Shown one piece after another: positions 9,514 to 19,524 of a stretch of DNA of 64,000 bases (position 1 is the stretch's first letter; every line of letters begins with the position of its first letter). The notes under the pieces were generated by a model, which was given only the letters and a program-made list of their open reading frames with translations, did not search any database and was not told the origin of the DNA. Position numbers and translations under genes: made by a program. This stretch comes from Gemmatimonadaceae bacterium (GTDB taxonomy: Bacteria > Gemmatimonadota > Gemmatimonadetes > Gemmatimonadales > Gemmatimonadaceae), in NCBI GenBank assembly GCA_044224875.1, contig JBGAJQ010000014.1, positions 1-64,000 on the forward strand, written 5' to 3'.

Positions 9514-10811
9514 CAGTCTTTGCGGTACCTGACGTCAAGATCCCACTGCAGTCTGTTACGCTGGGCAACGGACTCCGCGTAACCATCTCCGAAGATCACA
9601 CGGCGCCGATTGTTGCAGTGAACCTCTGGTACCACGTGGGATCCGCCAATGAACGCGAAGGACGAACAGGCTTCGCCCATCTGTTCGAGCACATGCTCTT
9701 TCAGGGGTCCGAACATGTGGCAGCGAACGAGCACTTTGAGCTGGTTCAGCGTGCCGGCGGCACCCTGAATGGATCAACTTGGCTCGATCGAACGAACTAC
9801 TTCGAAACCGTACCATCGAATCAGGTTGAATTGGCGTTGTGGCTGGAAGCGGATCGGATGGGCAACCTCCTGCCAGCGATGACCAAGCAGAAGTTGGATA
9901 CTCAGCGGGACGTGGTAAAGAATGAACGGCGCTGGACAGTAGACAACCAACCGTACGGCACCTGGTGGGAGCGACTTCCTGCCTTGGCCTTCCCGGAGCA
10001 TCACCCGTTTCACCACTCACTGATTGGTTCAATGGAGGACTTGGACGCGGCATCACTCGAAGATGTCGCCCAGTTCTTCCGGACATTTTACGTCCCACGA
10101 AACGCCACGCTGTCGATCGCGGGCGATGTCAGCACCAATGAGGTCATTTCACTCGTCGAACGACACTTTGGTGCGATCCCGGCAGGCGGTGAGCTGCCAG
10201 CCGTGTCATCATTCGAAGTTCCACGACACTTTGGGCGGTGGATTCGCGAGGTTGTGCCGGACCGTGTCGCAGTACCTCGGCTGTTTCTTGCCTTTCGATC
10301 GCCCGTGTTTGGAAGTAGTGCTTACTACACAGCAAGCATCGCGTGCGCTGCACTTGGGCTCCAGATGGGCAGTCGACTCTACAAGTCACTCGTTAGGCGT
10401 CAGCAAGTCGCATCTTCCGCAAGTGCGTTCACATTCGACCTGACGAAGGGGTCCGACCTCCTTGTTGCGGATGTCACCGCGCGTCCTGGGGTCACGCCAG
10501 AGGAGCTCGAGCAGGCGGTTTCCGGGGAAATCGACTCGTTCGTGGCTAGCGGGCTGGAACAGCGAGAACTGGACCGCGCGATGGCCCTGGTGTCGACAGA
10601 TCTGGTGCAGTCGCTCCAGAGTGCAGCGGCGCGCGCGGACCTCATGTCGAAATTCGTCACCTATTTTGGGGATGCGACCCTGGTAAACGCACAGCTATCG
10701 AAATATCAGGTAGTCACGGCCGATGATGTGTCGGAATTCCTCAGCGCATCACTAGGAGCCGATAATCGACTGTCGCTGCTGTACGTGCCAAGTGCTCGTG
10801 CTGGCGGCTGA
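9510..10811 (+). CDS. M16 family zinc peptidase, catalytic subunit
   Basis: GFAHLFEH (HxxEH), NGST..DRTNY, EADRM. Confidence 0.95.
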   Translation: MTVFAVPDVKIPLQSVTLGNGLRVTISEDHTAPIVAVNLWYHVGSANEREGRTGFAHLFEHMLFQGSEHVAANEHFELVQRAGGTLNGSTWLDRTNYFETVPSNQVELALWLEADRMGNLLPAMTKQKLDTQRDVVKNERRWTVDNQPYGTWWERLPALAFPEHHPFHHSLIGSMEDLDAASLEDVAQFFRTFYVPRNATLSIAGDVSTNEVISLVERHFGAIPAGGELPAVSSFEVPRHFGRWIREVVPDRVAVPRLFLAFRSPVFGSSAYYTASIACAALGLQMGSRLYKSLVRRQQVASSASAFTFDLTKGSDLLVADVTARPGVTPEELEQAVSGEIDSFVASGLEQRELDRAMALVSTDLVQSLQSAAARADLMSKFVTYFGDATLVNAQLSKYQVVTADDVSEFLSASLGADNRLSLLYVPSARAGG

Positions 10812-10814
10812 GCG

Positions 10815-12157
10815 ATGATGCCCAGACCCGGTTCGGGTGCGGCACGCCCGTATCGCTTTCCGGAGGTCGCGCGACTCCGAACCTCCAGTGGCATTCGAAT
10901 TGCCGTGGCTACAACGCGCAGGCTCCCATTGGTGACCGTGCACGTTGTAGTTGACGGTGGGGCGATTCGGGAGTCACCAGATCAGGCGGGAGTCGCCCTT
11001 CTCACGTCCCGCGGCTTGGTGGAAGGTACGTTGGAAATCAGCGCTGACGACGTGGCCGAGCGATTTGAGCTTCTCGGCAGCTCAATCAGCCCGAGCGCTG
11101 ATTGGGAGTCGATGCAGCTCCAATGCACCGTGCTGCCAGCACACGTCGGCGACAGCTCGTCCGGGCCCCGGCATTTCGCGGGTCGGACATGCAACGATTG
11201 CGCGATGAGCGGGTCGCCGATTTGCTCCAGAGGGATACCGAGCCTCGCGAGCTGGCTGATGATGAGTTCGTATTCTCCCTGTACCAGCCCGGTGAACGTT
11301 TGGGCCTCCCGATCGGCGGAGAGTCGAAGTCGATCTCACGCCTAACGAAAGAGAGTACTTCGATATGGCATCGAGCTGTCGTGAGGCCATCGCAGCTCTC
11401 AATTGTCGTCGTCGGAGACGTGAGCCCCGCAGAGATCGAGTCCATCGTCGGCGACGAACTTGGAGGCTGGGCATCGACATCGACGACTCTCCCAATTCCT
11501 AACGCCGGACGTGTGCGCTCGGAGCGTCACGTCCGGGTGGTGGAGATAGAAGGAGCGGCTCAGTCAGAGCTTCGAATCGGCCACATCGGTCCGCCACGAC
11601 GACACCCTGACTACTACGCACTCACCGTCATGAATGCGATCCTCGGCGGTTTGTTTGGGTCGCGAATCAACCTCAATCTCCGCGAGTCGCACGGGTACAC
11701 GTACGGTGCATCGTCGGGGTTTTCATGGCGACGCGATGGAAGCGTGTTCGTCCTTTCCACTGCCGTTGGAACCGATGTGACAGTCCCAGCGATCGAGGAA
11801 ATCAATGGAGAGTTGAGTCGAATCCGTCAAGAAGCGGTTGCGCCAGCAGAGCTGTCCTTGGCGGTGGACCACCTGGAAGGCGTTTTCCCGCTTCGCTTCG
11901 AAACGACCGAGGCGCTGGCGACTGCACTTACGCTGCAAGGGGTCTATGAACTGCCGGAGCTCTATTTCGATGAGTACCGCAGCCGAATCCGCGCTGTGAC
12001 CGCTGAGGATGTCTTGCGTGTTGCGCAGCAACATCTAGTGCCTGACCACCTACACTCGGTCATCGTTGGCAATCCAAGTTTGCGCAACGCCGTCGAGTCG
12101 CATTTTGGCTCAGGAATCGAGGTGAAGACGATGTCGTCGGTCGCGGCAGCAGAGTGA
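10815..12157 (+). pseudogene. M16 peptidase non-catalytic partner subunit, frameshifted near 11152 (real lesion or assembly error)
   Basis: N-half in ORF 10815 frame (..TVLPAHVGD), C-half in ORF 11102 frame (QLVRAPAF...SRINLNLRESHGYTYG). Confidence 0.85.
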
Positions 12158-12756
12158 TGTCTGACTCAGAGACCAAGTCACAAATGGTCGAGACCCGGCG
12201 TGTTTACACGGGCAAGGTGGTGAACCTTGATGTCGACATGGTCCGCTTCCCAGATGGTTCTGTTGGCCCGTTGGAGATGATCCGGCACTCGGGTGCTAGC
12301 GCCGTCCTGCCGATTCTTTCGGATCCACGCGAGGAGGATCCGGATGTGCTCATGATCCGCCAATACCGCTACGCGGCGGGACGGCGCATCTATGAAGTAC
12401 CAGCAGGGCGACTAGATCCTGGTGAGACTCCAGTCAATTGTGCTCGGCGAGAACTGCTGGAAGAAACCGGCTGCCGCGCCGGGCGGCTGGAACCAATGCT
12501 ACCAATCTTCACAACGCCGGGGTTCACGGACGAGAAGATCCATCTGTTCATCGCGTGGGACCTCCAGCGTGGCGCTACTGAACACGAGGCGGATGAGTTC
12601 ATAGAACTCGTTCCAATGCCGATGAGCCGAGCTCTGCAGCTAGTGGAAGAGGGCGAGATTGTGGACGCGAAGACGATCGTATCCCTTCTGTACGCGTGGG
12701 CTTTCCGGAACCGACAGGCGACCTCGACCCCAAAGAGTCATTCACCCCGTCCTTGA
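12157..12756 (+). CDS. Nudix hydrolase, ADP-ribose pyrophosphatase-like
   Basis: Nudix box GRLDPGETPVNCARRELLEETG; TPGFTDE; DAKT. Confidence 0.92.
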   Translation: MSDSETKSQMVETRRVYTGKVVNLDVDMVRFPDGSVGPLEMIRHSGASAVLPILSDPREEDPDVLMIRQYRYAAGRRIYEVPAGRLDPGETPVNCARRELLEETGCRAGRLEPMLPIFTTPGFTDEKIHLFIAWDLQRGATEHEADEFIELVPMPMSRALQLVEEGEIVDAKTIVSLLYAWAFRNRQATSTPKSHSPRP

Positions 12757-12768
12757 CCGTGAGCGCCG

Positions 12769-12792
12769 AACCGTCCTTAAATCAGGACGGTT
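12769..12792. promoter_or_regulatory. Inverted repeat AACCGTCCT-N6-AGGACGGTT (terminator or activator site)
   Basis: Perfect 9-bp arms after Nudix stop, about 95 bp upstream of a sigma54-like motif. Confidence 0.5.
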
Positions 12793-12885
12793 TCCAAGTC
12801 GTCGCCTTGGTCCTAGCCCATCGACATGGATACTAACAAGTTGTAGGGCAATGAGTTAACTGGCGTCTCCCTTTCTGAGCAAGTG

Positions 12886-12901
12886 GGGCACGTCGCCTGC
12901 T
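12886..12901 (+). promoter_or_regulatory. Putative sigma54 (-24/-12) promoter of ECF sigma gene
   Basis: GGGCACGTCGCCTGCT: GG-N10-GC with GGCAC and TGC. Confidence 0.5.
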
Positions 12902-12983
12902 TTGTTCCATCGGCACTGCGGTCCAGTCGCGTGGTTTTGGACTGAATCGCGATTGCTTGGTGGCCAAACAGGAGACAAGGACC

Positions 12984-13622
12984 ATGACTGAACTCGCAAC
13001 CCTGAGTGTCCCCGTTTCGAGCGGTGCGACCATCAGAGCGCGGCTTCGCGAATTGGAAGACGGGGCAGTCGTCGGAGCCTTCTTAGATGGTGAAGAACGG
13101 GCGTTCGATGAACTGGTCACCCGGTATCAATCGCGGCTCCTAAACTTCGTATTTCGGACGATTGGGGATCGCGAGAAGGCGGAAGACTTAGTTCAGGAGG
13201 TTTTCGTCAGGGTCTACCGCCACCTGCAACGGTTCGATCGCTCGAAGAAGTTCTCCACGTGGATCTACACGATCGCGTCGAACCTGGCGAAGAACGAACT
13301 TCGCAACCGCTCACGCAATCCGCTCATTCTGTTCCAGACCATCCGCAAGACGTGGCAGGACGACGATCGGCCCCTTCAGTTTGAAGATCACTCAGCGCGG
13401 CCGGACGACCTGTTTCGAAAGCGGCATTTGCGAGCGCTCGTTGAGCAATCTGTGGATCAATTGCCGGAGCACCACAAGCAGGTTTTTGTGCTGCGGGAGC
13501 TCGAAGGGAAGTCGTACGAAGAGATCGCAGAGATTACCGCGTGCAACCTAGGGACAGTCAAATCGCGCCTGAATCGGGCACGGAACGCCTTCGCTTCAAT
13601 CATTGAGCCGCATCTAGGCTAG
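12984..13622 (+). CDS. ECF-type RNA polymerase sigma factor
   Basis: AEDLVQEVF, FSTWIYTIASN, SYEEIAEI...GTVKSRLNRAR; GGAG upstream. Confidence 0.95.
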   Translation: MTELATLSVPVSSGATIRARLRELEDGAVVGAFLDGEERAFDELVTRYQSRLLNFVFRTIGDREKAEDLVQEVFVRVYRHLQRFDRSKKFSTWIYTIASNLAKNELRNRSRNPLILFQTIRKTWQDDDRPLQFEDHSARPDDLFRKRHLRALVEQSVDQLPEHHKQVFVLRELEGKSYEEIAEITACNLGTVKSRLNRARNAFASIIEPHLG

Positions 13623-13651
13623 GCAAGATACCGGCAGTGTGGCGCGGGATT

Positions 13652-13689
13652 GGGGCGTCGCAGGTTCTTCCTGCGACGCCCTCTGTTTT
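13652..13689 (+). terminator. Intrinsic terminator after ECF sigma gene
   Basis: GGGCGTCGCAGG-TTCTT-CCTGCGACGCCC then TCTGTTTT. Confidence 0.75.
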
Positions 13690-13816
13690 CCCGGTGTGTT
13701 TCGCCCAACAGGGGACTAGCCGGGCCGCGGACTAACAGGGAGTTTCTCGGGGCTGGAACCCACTTTGGGATCGATGGGTACAGTGCGGTCAACCATGCCT
13801 GTTTCGCCCCTGTTCA

Positions 13817-14359
13817 ATGGATTGTAAGAGCTTTCGAAGGAACCACTCAGCGTTCATCGATGAACAGCTCTCCGGCACGGCTGCGGCGGCCATGTACGAG
13901 CACGTCCGAGAATGTCCGACGTGTTCCACGTACAATGCGCGCATCCGACGATCACTTCTTTTGGCGAGGAATCTCCCGCAAATAGAAGTGTCTGCAGAGT
14001 TCTCTGAGCGACTTCTTGATCGAATCAGCGCCGAGCGTGCCTCCCGGTCCGGAGCGCCAGAGAAGAAGCGTCGAAGCCGTGTTCGGGCGGTTGCGGTTGG
14101 GTCAGGGTTGGTTGCCCTCGCAGCACTTTCGGCGAGGTCATTGTGGAAACTGCAGAGCGATCCGGACGACCCGCCTCGCTTACCAGGCGTGGTCGCGTTT
14201 CCCCCGACGACGCTGGATTCAACGACGGCACCGGCGATCGTCGCCTCGATGTCGGCCGGCATGCCTGTGTGGCCCGCGCTTTGGCTGGCGGAGCGAGCCC
14301 AGTTCCGGTACACATCCTCCGCCAATCACGCCGCTACCGACTCACCAACGCAGCCTTAA
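13817..14359 (+). CDS. Zinc-binding (zf-HC2) membrane anti-sigma factor
   Basis: MDC...EHVRECPTC (HxxxCxxC), hydrophobic segment; follows ECF sigma. Confidence 0.85.
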   Translation: MDCKSFRRNHSAFIDEQLSGTAAAAMYEHVRECPTCSTYNARIRRSLLLARNLPQIEVSAEFSERLLDRISAERASRSGAPEKKRRSRVRAVAVGSGLVALAALSARSLWKLQSDPDDPPRLPGVVAFPPTTLDSTTAPAIVASMSAGMPVWPALWLAERAQFRYTSSANHAATDSPTQP

Positions 14360-14401
14360 GTCCGCGCAGGAGTAATGGCGGGAGGCGCTATATTTGCCGC
14401 C

Positions 14402-15451
14402 ATGCCGAGCGACGCCGAGCGCGAACTCTACCGCGCGATCAAACAAGGCCAGTTCTCTCCCGCGTATCTCTTGTTTGGAGAGAATGAGTTTCTGCGGGAT
14501 GGCGCCATCGCGGACCTGATCAATGCGGCCGTTGAGCCTGCGACACGCGATTTCAATTTCGATCAAGTGCGTGGCGACGCGATCTCGGCCGAGACGCTCG
14601 AGGCGCTACTACGCACCCCGCCGATGATGGCAGCGCGACGCGTTGTGGTGCTGCGGGATGTGCAGTCCATGAAAAAGGATTCACGAACCGTACTGGACCG
14701 CTACCTGCAGGCCGTATCGTCGGACGTATTGCTCATCATGACGAGCAGTGCGGGTGCCAAGGTCGATCACTCTGTGCTTCAAAATGTTGTAGCTGTCGAG
14801 TTCGGACCACTAAGTTCGGATCGACTACCCAAGTGGATCCGACACCGGGCCACGGCGCTTGGGACGCAGATCGATGATGAGGCAATCTTGTTATTGGTAC
14901 GCGCAGTGGGGGACGATCTCCCCCAACTCGCGGGAGAGCTCGAGAAGCTCTCGAACTACTGCGGTGATCGGACGATTGATCAGCATGCGGTGAGCGATGT
15001 GGTGGGTGTGCGTCATGGGGAGACATTGGCGGACCTCCTCGATGCGATCGCCGTGAAGGACGTGAAGAAGGCCATGGAACTACTTCCGTTCGTGCTCGAG
15101 CAGCCGAAGCTTGGCGCGGTTCCGATATTGATGGCGTTGGCGTCGCAGACGATGGCGATTGCCTGGGGTCGTGCGCAAAAAGCCAAGGGCACGCCAGACT
15201 ACGTGCTGCAGAAAGAGTTCTTTGCGCTACTGAAGGAGGCCAAGGCTTTCCCAGGTCGCCCATGGGGTGAAGCAGTCAGGGTGTGGATCCAAGCCATTCC
15301 TCATTGGCGGGATGGCGCACTCCAGCGATCGCTCGACGTGCTCCTGGAGGCGGATCGTGCGGCAAAAGAGTCGCGTTTCTCCTCGGAAGACCAGCTACTT
15401 AGCAGCGTCGTGCTGAGTCTATGTAGCGAAGTTTCTGGACGTGCAGCGTGA
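14402..15451 (+). CDS. holA: DNA polymerase III delta subunit
   Basis: YLLFGENEFL, DFNFD, PMMAARRVVV, ELEKL; ATG 14402 preferred over 14375. Confidence 0.93.
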   Translation: MPSDAERELYRAIKQGQFSPAYLLFGENEFLRDGAIADLINAAVEPATRDFNFDQVRGDAISAETLEALLRTPPMMAARRVVVLRDVQSMKKDSRTVLDRYLQAVSSDVLLIMTSSAGAKVDHSVLQNVVAVEFGPLSSDRLPKWIRHRATALGTQIDDEAILLLVRAVGDDLPQLAGELEKLSNYCGDRTIDQHAVSDVVGVRHGETLADLLDAIAVKDVKKAMELLPFVLEQPKLGAVPILMALASQTMAIAWGRAQKAKGTPDYVLQKEFFALLKEAKAFPGRPWGEAVRVWIQAIPHWRDGALQRSLDVLLEADRAAKESRFSSEDQLLSSVVLSLCSEVSGRAA

Positions 15452-16278
15452 AAGTCACGCAATTTGCGATGGCAGCGCTCATCCTAGCCGGGACGCCAGT
15501 TGCCGGAGCTGCCCAAACGACGGATTCCGCGCTCGTGCGAATCGCCCGGCTAGCAGGCGCCGGCGATCGACCGGGGGCGCGCCGGTTGGCCGATAGCCTC
15601 GTCAGCAGCCTGCCCGCCGATGCACGTGGCTATGCCGATGCGCTCTACTGGCGTGCGTTTACGGCTGCCAACGCGGCGGAGGCGGAACGGGACTATTTGC
15701 GGCTGGCGATAGAGTATCCCCTGTCAACGCGCTCGGAGGACGCCCTGTTGTTGCTGTCGCAGCTGGAGTTCGCGCGCGGCGATCGCAGTGCGGCACTCCG
15801 CCACCTGGACCGACTGCTTCGCGATCACCCGGGTGGCCATAGCGCAAGTCGGGCGACCCTTTGGACTGCGCGGATCGCGTTTGACAGCGGTGACTCCGCT
15901 CGGGCATGTCGAGCCCTGTTGCAGGCGAGGGGACTGTCGGCTACGGACGACGTGGAGACGCGGAATCAGATTGACTATTTCCTCCCGCGTTGCGCAGCGC
16001 GCGCAACAACGGCCGTCGATTCAGTAGCTAACGCGTCACCGGGGTCAAAGGAACCCGACTATAGCCTGCAGATAGCTGCCTTCAAGACGAAGCGTGAGGC
16101 AGAGGCCCTACAGCTGCGATTGAAGCGGCGTGGGTTTGATGCGCGCGTAACGCATACGGACTCCTGGTACCGTGTACGGGTCGGCCGATACAGTACCCGG
16201 CGAGATGCCGAGGCGGCACAAGCCCGTGCGAAGCGCGCCAGTGTTGCCTCTCGAGTCGTTGAGGCTGAAGCACGGTGA
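15448..16278 (+). CDS. Exported TPR + SPOR domain protein
   Basis: Signal peptide, TPR-like helices (ALYWRA, EYP), C-terminal YSLQIAAF...WYRVRVGRY. Confidence 0.85.
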   Translation: MKVTQFAMAALILAGTPVAGAAQTTDSALVRIARLAGAGDRPGARRLADSLVSSLPADARGYADALYWRAFTAANAAEAERDYLRLAIEYPLSTRSEDALLLLSQLEFARGDRSAALRHLDRLLRDHPGGHSASRATLWTARIAFDSGDSARACRALLQARGLSATDDVETRNQIDYFLPRCAARATTAVDSVANASPGSKEPDYSLQIAAFKTKREAEALQLRLKRRGFDARVTHTDSWYRVRVGRYSTRRDAEAAQARAKRASVASRVVEAEAR

Positions 16279-18929
16279 GCCGCGACAGCACGCCTTTGAT
16301 GCAGCAGTACCGGGACATCAAGGCTCGGCATCCGGATTCCATCCTCCTGTTTCGCATGGGGGATTTCTATGAGATGTTCTTTGACGATGCACATGTCGCG
16401 TCGAGGGTTTTGGGTCTGACGCTCACCTCCCGGAACAACGGCGGCGCATCCGACGTGCCGCTTGCTGGTGTTCCCGTCAAGGCTGTACAGGAGTACCTGC
16501 GCCGGTTGGTGCAACAGGGATTTCGTGTGGCGATCTGTGAACAGGTCGAGGACCCTCGCTTGGCCAAGGGAGTGGTTCGACGCGAGGTCGTCGAGACGAT
16601 CACACCGGGCGCAGCGTACTCGGATGACCTCTTGGAGGCCGGACGACACAACTTCCTCTGTGCGGTGTGCGTTGCCGGACCACACTTGGGTGTGGCCGCC
16701 GCGGACGTATCGACGGGGACATTTCGCTTGGTACTGGCGGAGCTGGAGGACGGCGATGCGATCCTCGCGCGATTTGCGCCACGGGAGTTGCTGGTGGCGC
16801 GGGGTGCTGCCATCGTCGGACCTGGAACTTCGCTGCACCTGCCGGACGCATTAATCACGGAGCGAGACGCTTGGGAGTTCGATGAAGCGCTGGCGGGCGA
16901 GGAGATTGCCAGATTTTTCCACGTCCATAGCCTCGACGGCTTGGGGATCGGCGATGATGCGCATTGTGCTGTTGCGGCTGCCGGGGCGCTCCTAAGGTAT
17001 CTTCGGGAGCTTCAGCCGGCTGGCGTGCCGCAACTGGCGCGACCTCTGCTTGAACGCAGCGCGCATTCGATGCCACTCGACGAGATGACGCGGCGGAACC
17101 TTGAGCTGGTCGAATCGTTGCGATCCGTGCCGGATCAGGTGAACGGACGAGCGGCGGCGGAACGCAGCGGCACCCTCCTGGGTGTCCTGGACCGGACCCA
17201 GACGCCGATGGGAGCGCGATTGATTCGGCAATGGATGCTCGCACCCCTCGTGGTCCGATCGCTGATAGACGAACGGCTCAACGCCGTCGAGGCATGTGTG
17301 GCGGCGCCTCTAGTCCGACGCGCGGTTCGGGCAGCGCTGGACGGCGTGCGCGATGTGGAGCGACTGGCCGGGAAGGCGGCTGCCGGCCGATCGTCCCCGA
17401 GAGACTTGCGTGCGTTAGGTGACTCCCTGGCGCGTCTCCCCGACCTGCAGGCGGCGCTGTTGGACCTGGGTACGTCTGGGGCCATGGCGAAGTACATCGG
17501 CACCTGGGATGACTGCAGGGACTTGAGCGAGGCGATCAATACCCTGCTCGTCGATCGGCCGCCCGCCACAATTGGAGACGAGGACGCCGTCCGGCCAGGG
17601 GCTGACGCCAGCTTGGATGACCTGCGAGCGCTGCGGAGCGGCGGAAAGGACGCGATTGCGCGCATTCAGTCCGAGGAGCGCAGTCGAACCGGCATCACGT
17701 CTCTGAAGGTCGGCTACAACCGGGTGTTCGGCTACTACATCGAGGTGACGAATGCCAATCGCCATCTCATTCCGGATGACTATCAACGTCGCCAGACGCT
17801 CACGGGCGCTGAACGATACGTCACCCCGGCGTTAAAGGAATACGAGGAAACGATTCTCCATGCGACGGAACGGATCGCGACTCGCGAGCGTGAGTTGTTC
17901 GAGACGCTCCGCCGGGGGGTTGGCGACGAGATCGTTAGGCTCCAGCGAGTGGCAAACGCCCTCGCGACCCTCGATGTCCTGAGCGCACTCGCCGAGGTGG
18001 CCGACGTTGAGGGATATGTTCGCCCGGTCATCACGGATGAGTTCACGCTCGAGATCACCGGGGGACGCCACCCCGTCGTGGAACGGATGATGGCCCGTGA
18101 GAAGTTCATCCCTAACGACGTACACCTTGGCACGGACGCTCGCGTGATTGTGCTGACGGGGCCGAACATGGCGGGGAAGTCTACGATCCTGCGGCAAATC
18201 GGACTCATCGTGCTGTTGGCGCAGATGGGCAGCTTTGTGCCAGCCACTTCGGCCCGCATAGGGATCGTGGACCGGTTGTTCACGCGTGTGGGCGCGAGCG
18301 ACAACCTGGTGCGCGGCCAGTCCACCTTCATGGTGGAAATGGCGGAGACGAGCGCGATCCTTCATACGGCCACCGCGCGAAGCCTCGTGCTGCTCGACGA
18401 GATTGGGCGTGGCACCTCCACGTACGACGGTGTTTCGATCGCCTGGTCCGTCACGGAGCACTTGCACAACACGGTGCAATGCAAGACCATCTTCGCCACA
18501 CATTACCACGAACTGACGCAGCTGGCGGAGGAATTGGCCGCGCTTCGCAACTACAACGTCGCCGTACGAGAAGTCGGCGAGGAGATCGTATTCTTGCATC
18601 GACTCCTTCCCGGGGGGGCCGATCGATCGTATGGAATCGAAGTCGGGCGTCTTGCTGGATTGCCACCAGCGGTTATCGCCCGCGCGCGCGAAGTTCTTCA
18701 TCTTCTCGAGGGCGAGCAACTCGTTCAGGCGCTCGGGGATTCAAGGACTTCGGACGCTCGTCAATTCGCGGGTGGAGCAGGTCGACGCGACGAGCCGCAA
18801 CTTCCACTCTTTCCGGTTGTGCAGCATCCTGCGGTCGTGCGCCTGCAATCGTTCGACACGAATCGTACTACGCCGATGGACGCGCTGCGCCTACTCGATG
18901 AGCTGGCGCAGCTCGCCAGGGAGAGCTGA
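16275..18929 (+). CDS. mutS: DNA mismatch repair protein MutS
   Basis: TPLMQQY, GDFYEMF, TGPNMAGKST, STFMVEM, DEIGRGTS. Confidence 0.99.
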   Translation: MSRDSTPLMQQYRDIKARHPDSILLFRMGDFYEMFFDDAHVASRVLGLTLTSRNNGGASDVPLAGVPVKAVQEYLRRLVQQGFRVAICEQVEDPRLAKGVVRREVVETITPGAAYSDDLLEAGRHNFLCAVCVAGPHLGVAAADVSTGTFRLVLAELEDGDAILARFAPRELLVARGAAIVGPGTSLHLPDALITERDAWEFDEALAGEEIARFFHVHSLDGLGIGDDAHCAVAAAGALLRYLRELQPAGVPQLARPLLERSAHSMPLDEMTRRNLELVESLRSVPDQVNGRAAAERSGTLLGVLDRTQTPMGARLIRQWMLAPLVVRSLIDERLNAVEACVAAPLVRRAVRAALDGVRDVERLAGKAAAGRSSPRDLRALGDSLARLPDLQAALLDLGTSGAMAKYIGTWDDCRDLSEAINTLLVDRPPATIGDEDAVRPGADASLDDLRALRSGGKDAIARIQSEERSRTGITSLKVGYNRVFGYYIEVTNANRHLIPDDYQRRQTLTGAERYVTPALKEYEETILHATERIATRERELFETLRRGVGDEIVRLQRVANALATLDVLSALAEVADVEGYVRPVITDEFTLEITGGRHPVVERMMAREKFIPNDVHLGTDARVIVLTGPNMAGKSTILRQIGLIVLLAQMGSFVPATSARIGIVDRLFTRVGASDNLVRGQSTFMVEMAETSAILHTATARSLVLLDEIGRGTSTYDGVSIAWSVTEHLHNTVQCKTIFATHYHELTQLAEELAALRNYNVAVREVGEEIVFLHRLLPGGADRSYGIEVGRLAGLPPAVIARAREVLHLLEGEQLVQALGDSRTSDARQFAGGAGRRDEPQLPLFPVVQHPAVVRLQSFDTNRTTPMDALRLLDELAQLARES

Positions 18930-18933
18930 AAAG

Positions 18934-19368
18934 ATGAGGCTGCGATACCTTGCCAGAGTCCCGCAGGTGATGCCCGTGTTGCTGCTGATCGCCTGTGGCG
19001 ACGACGGCATGCTGGCGCGATGGATGGGCAAGCAACCGCCCGTGGAGCTGCCGGTGCTCGAGACGACCGACTTGCCGTTCCGGTATCCGCCGGGGCTCTT
19101 TATTGAGCGTATTCAGGGTGATGTGGTGCTCCGGCTTTACATAGACTCGTTAGGTTACGTCGTCGCAGAATCCACCCGGGTCACTGAAGCCTCAAAGTAC
19201 GCGCTCTTTGACAGCGCGGCTGTTGAGGGGGCAGCGAGGCTCTCGTTTCACCCTGCCAGGCGCGGAGAACATCGCGTGCCCTACGAGGTTTTGTTTCCGG
19301 TGAAGTTTCGACTGCCGGCCGTGGTCCCAACGCCCGTCGACACGACGAAGCCGCAAACCAAGCCATGA
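18934..19368 (+). CDS. TonB C-terminal domain protein (possible lipoprotein)
   Basis: LLLIAC, YPP..IQGDVVLRLYIDSLG, FDSAAVE, PVKF. Confidence 0.8.
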   Translation: MRLRYLARVPQVMPVLLLIACGDDGMLARWMGKQPPVELPVLETTDLPFRYPPGLFIERIQGDVVLRLYIDSLGYVVAESTRVTEASKYALFDSAAVEGAARLSFHPARRGEHRVPYEVLFPVKFRLPAVVPTPVDTTKPQTKP

Positions 19369-19524
19369 ACGGTCGGACGTGCGGTCACCGGCCCAGCGCA
19401 TGGTCGTCTCAGGCGCGACTTCCGAGGGCATGGGCCCCGTGTCCGCACGCGCCGAGGGCGAGAGGGACAACGTGAAACATCGAAGTAGGCTGTCGGGAAG
19501 ATTCTCACGGGACGAGGCATTCCG

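Noticed and set aside
11140..11165. Programmed ribosomal frameshift in the M16 subunit (also considered for the reductase)
   Set aside because: No slippery heptamer, and residues are missing, which indicates deletion
18631..18933. Long N-terminal extensions in the ORF track (TonB 18631, rhomboid 21100, aminotransferase 29838, DUF1905 23631, fpg 60958)
   Set aside because: Overlap neighbouring genes or conflict with family N-termini; downstream starts fit better
19365..19524. 36-codon ORF between TonB-domain gene and ddl
   Set aside because: No motif or composition support
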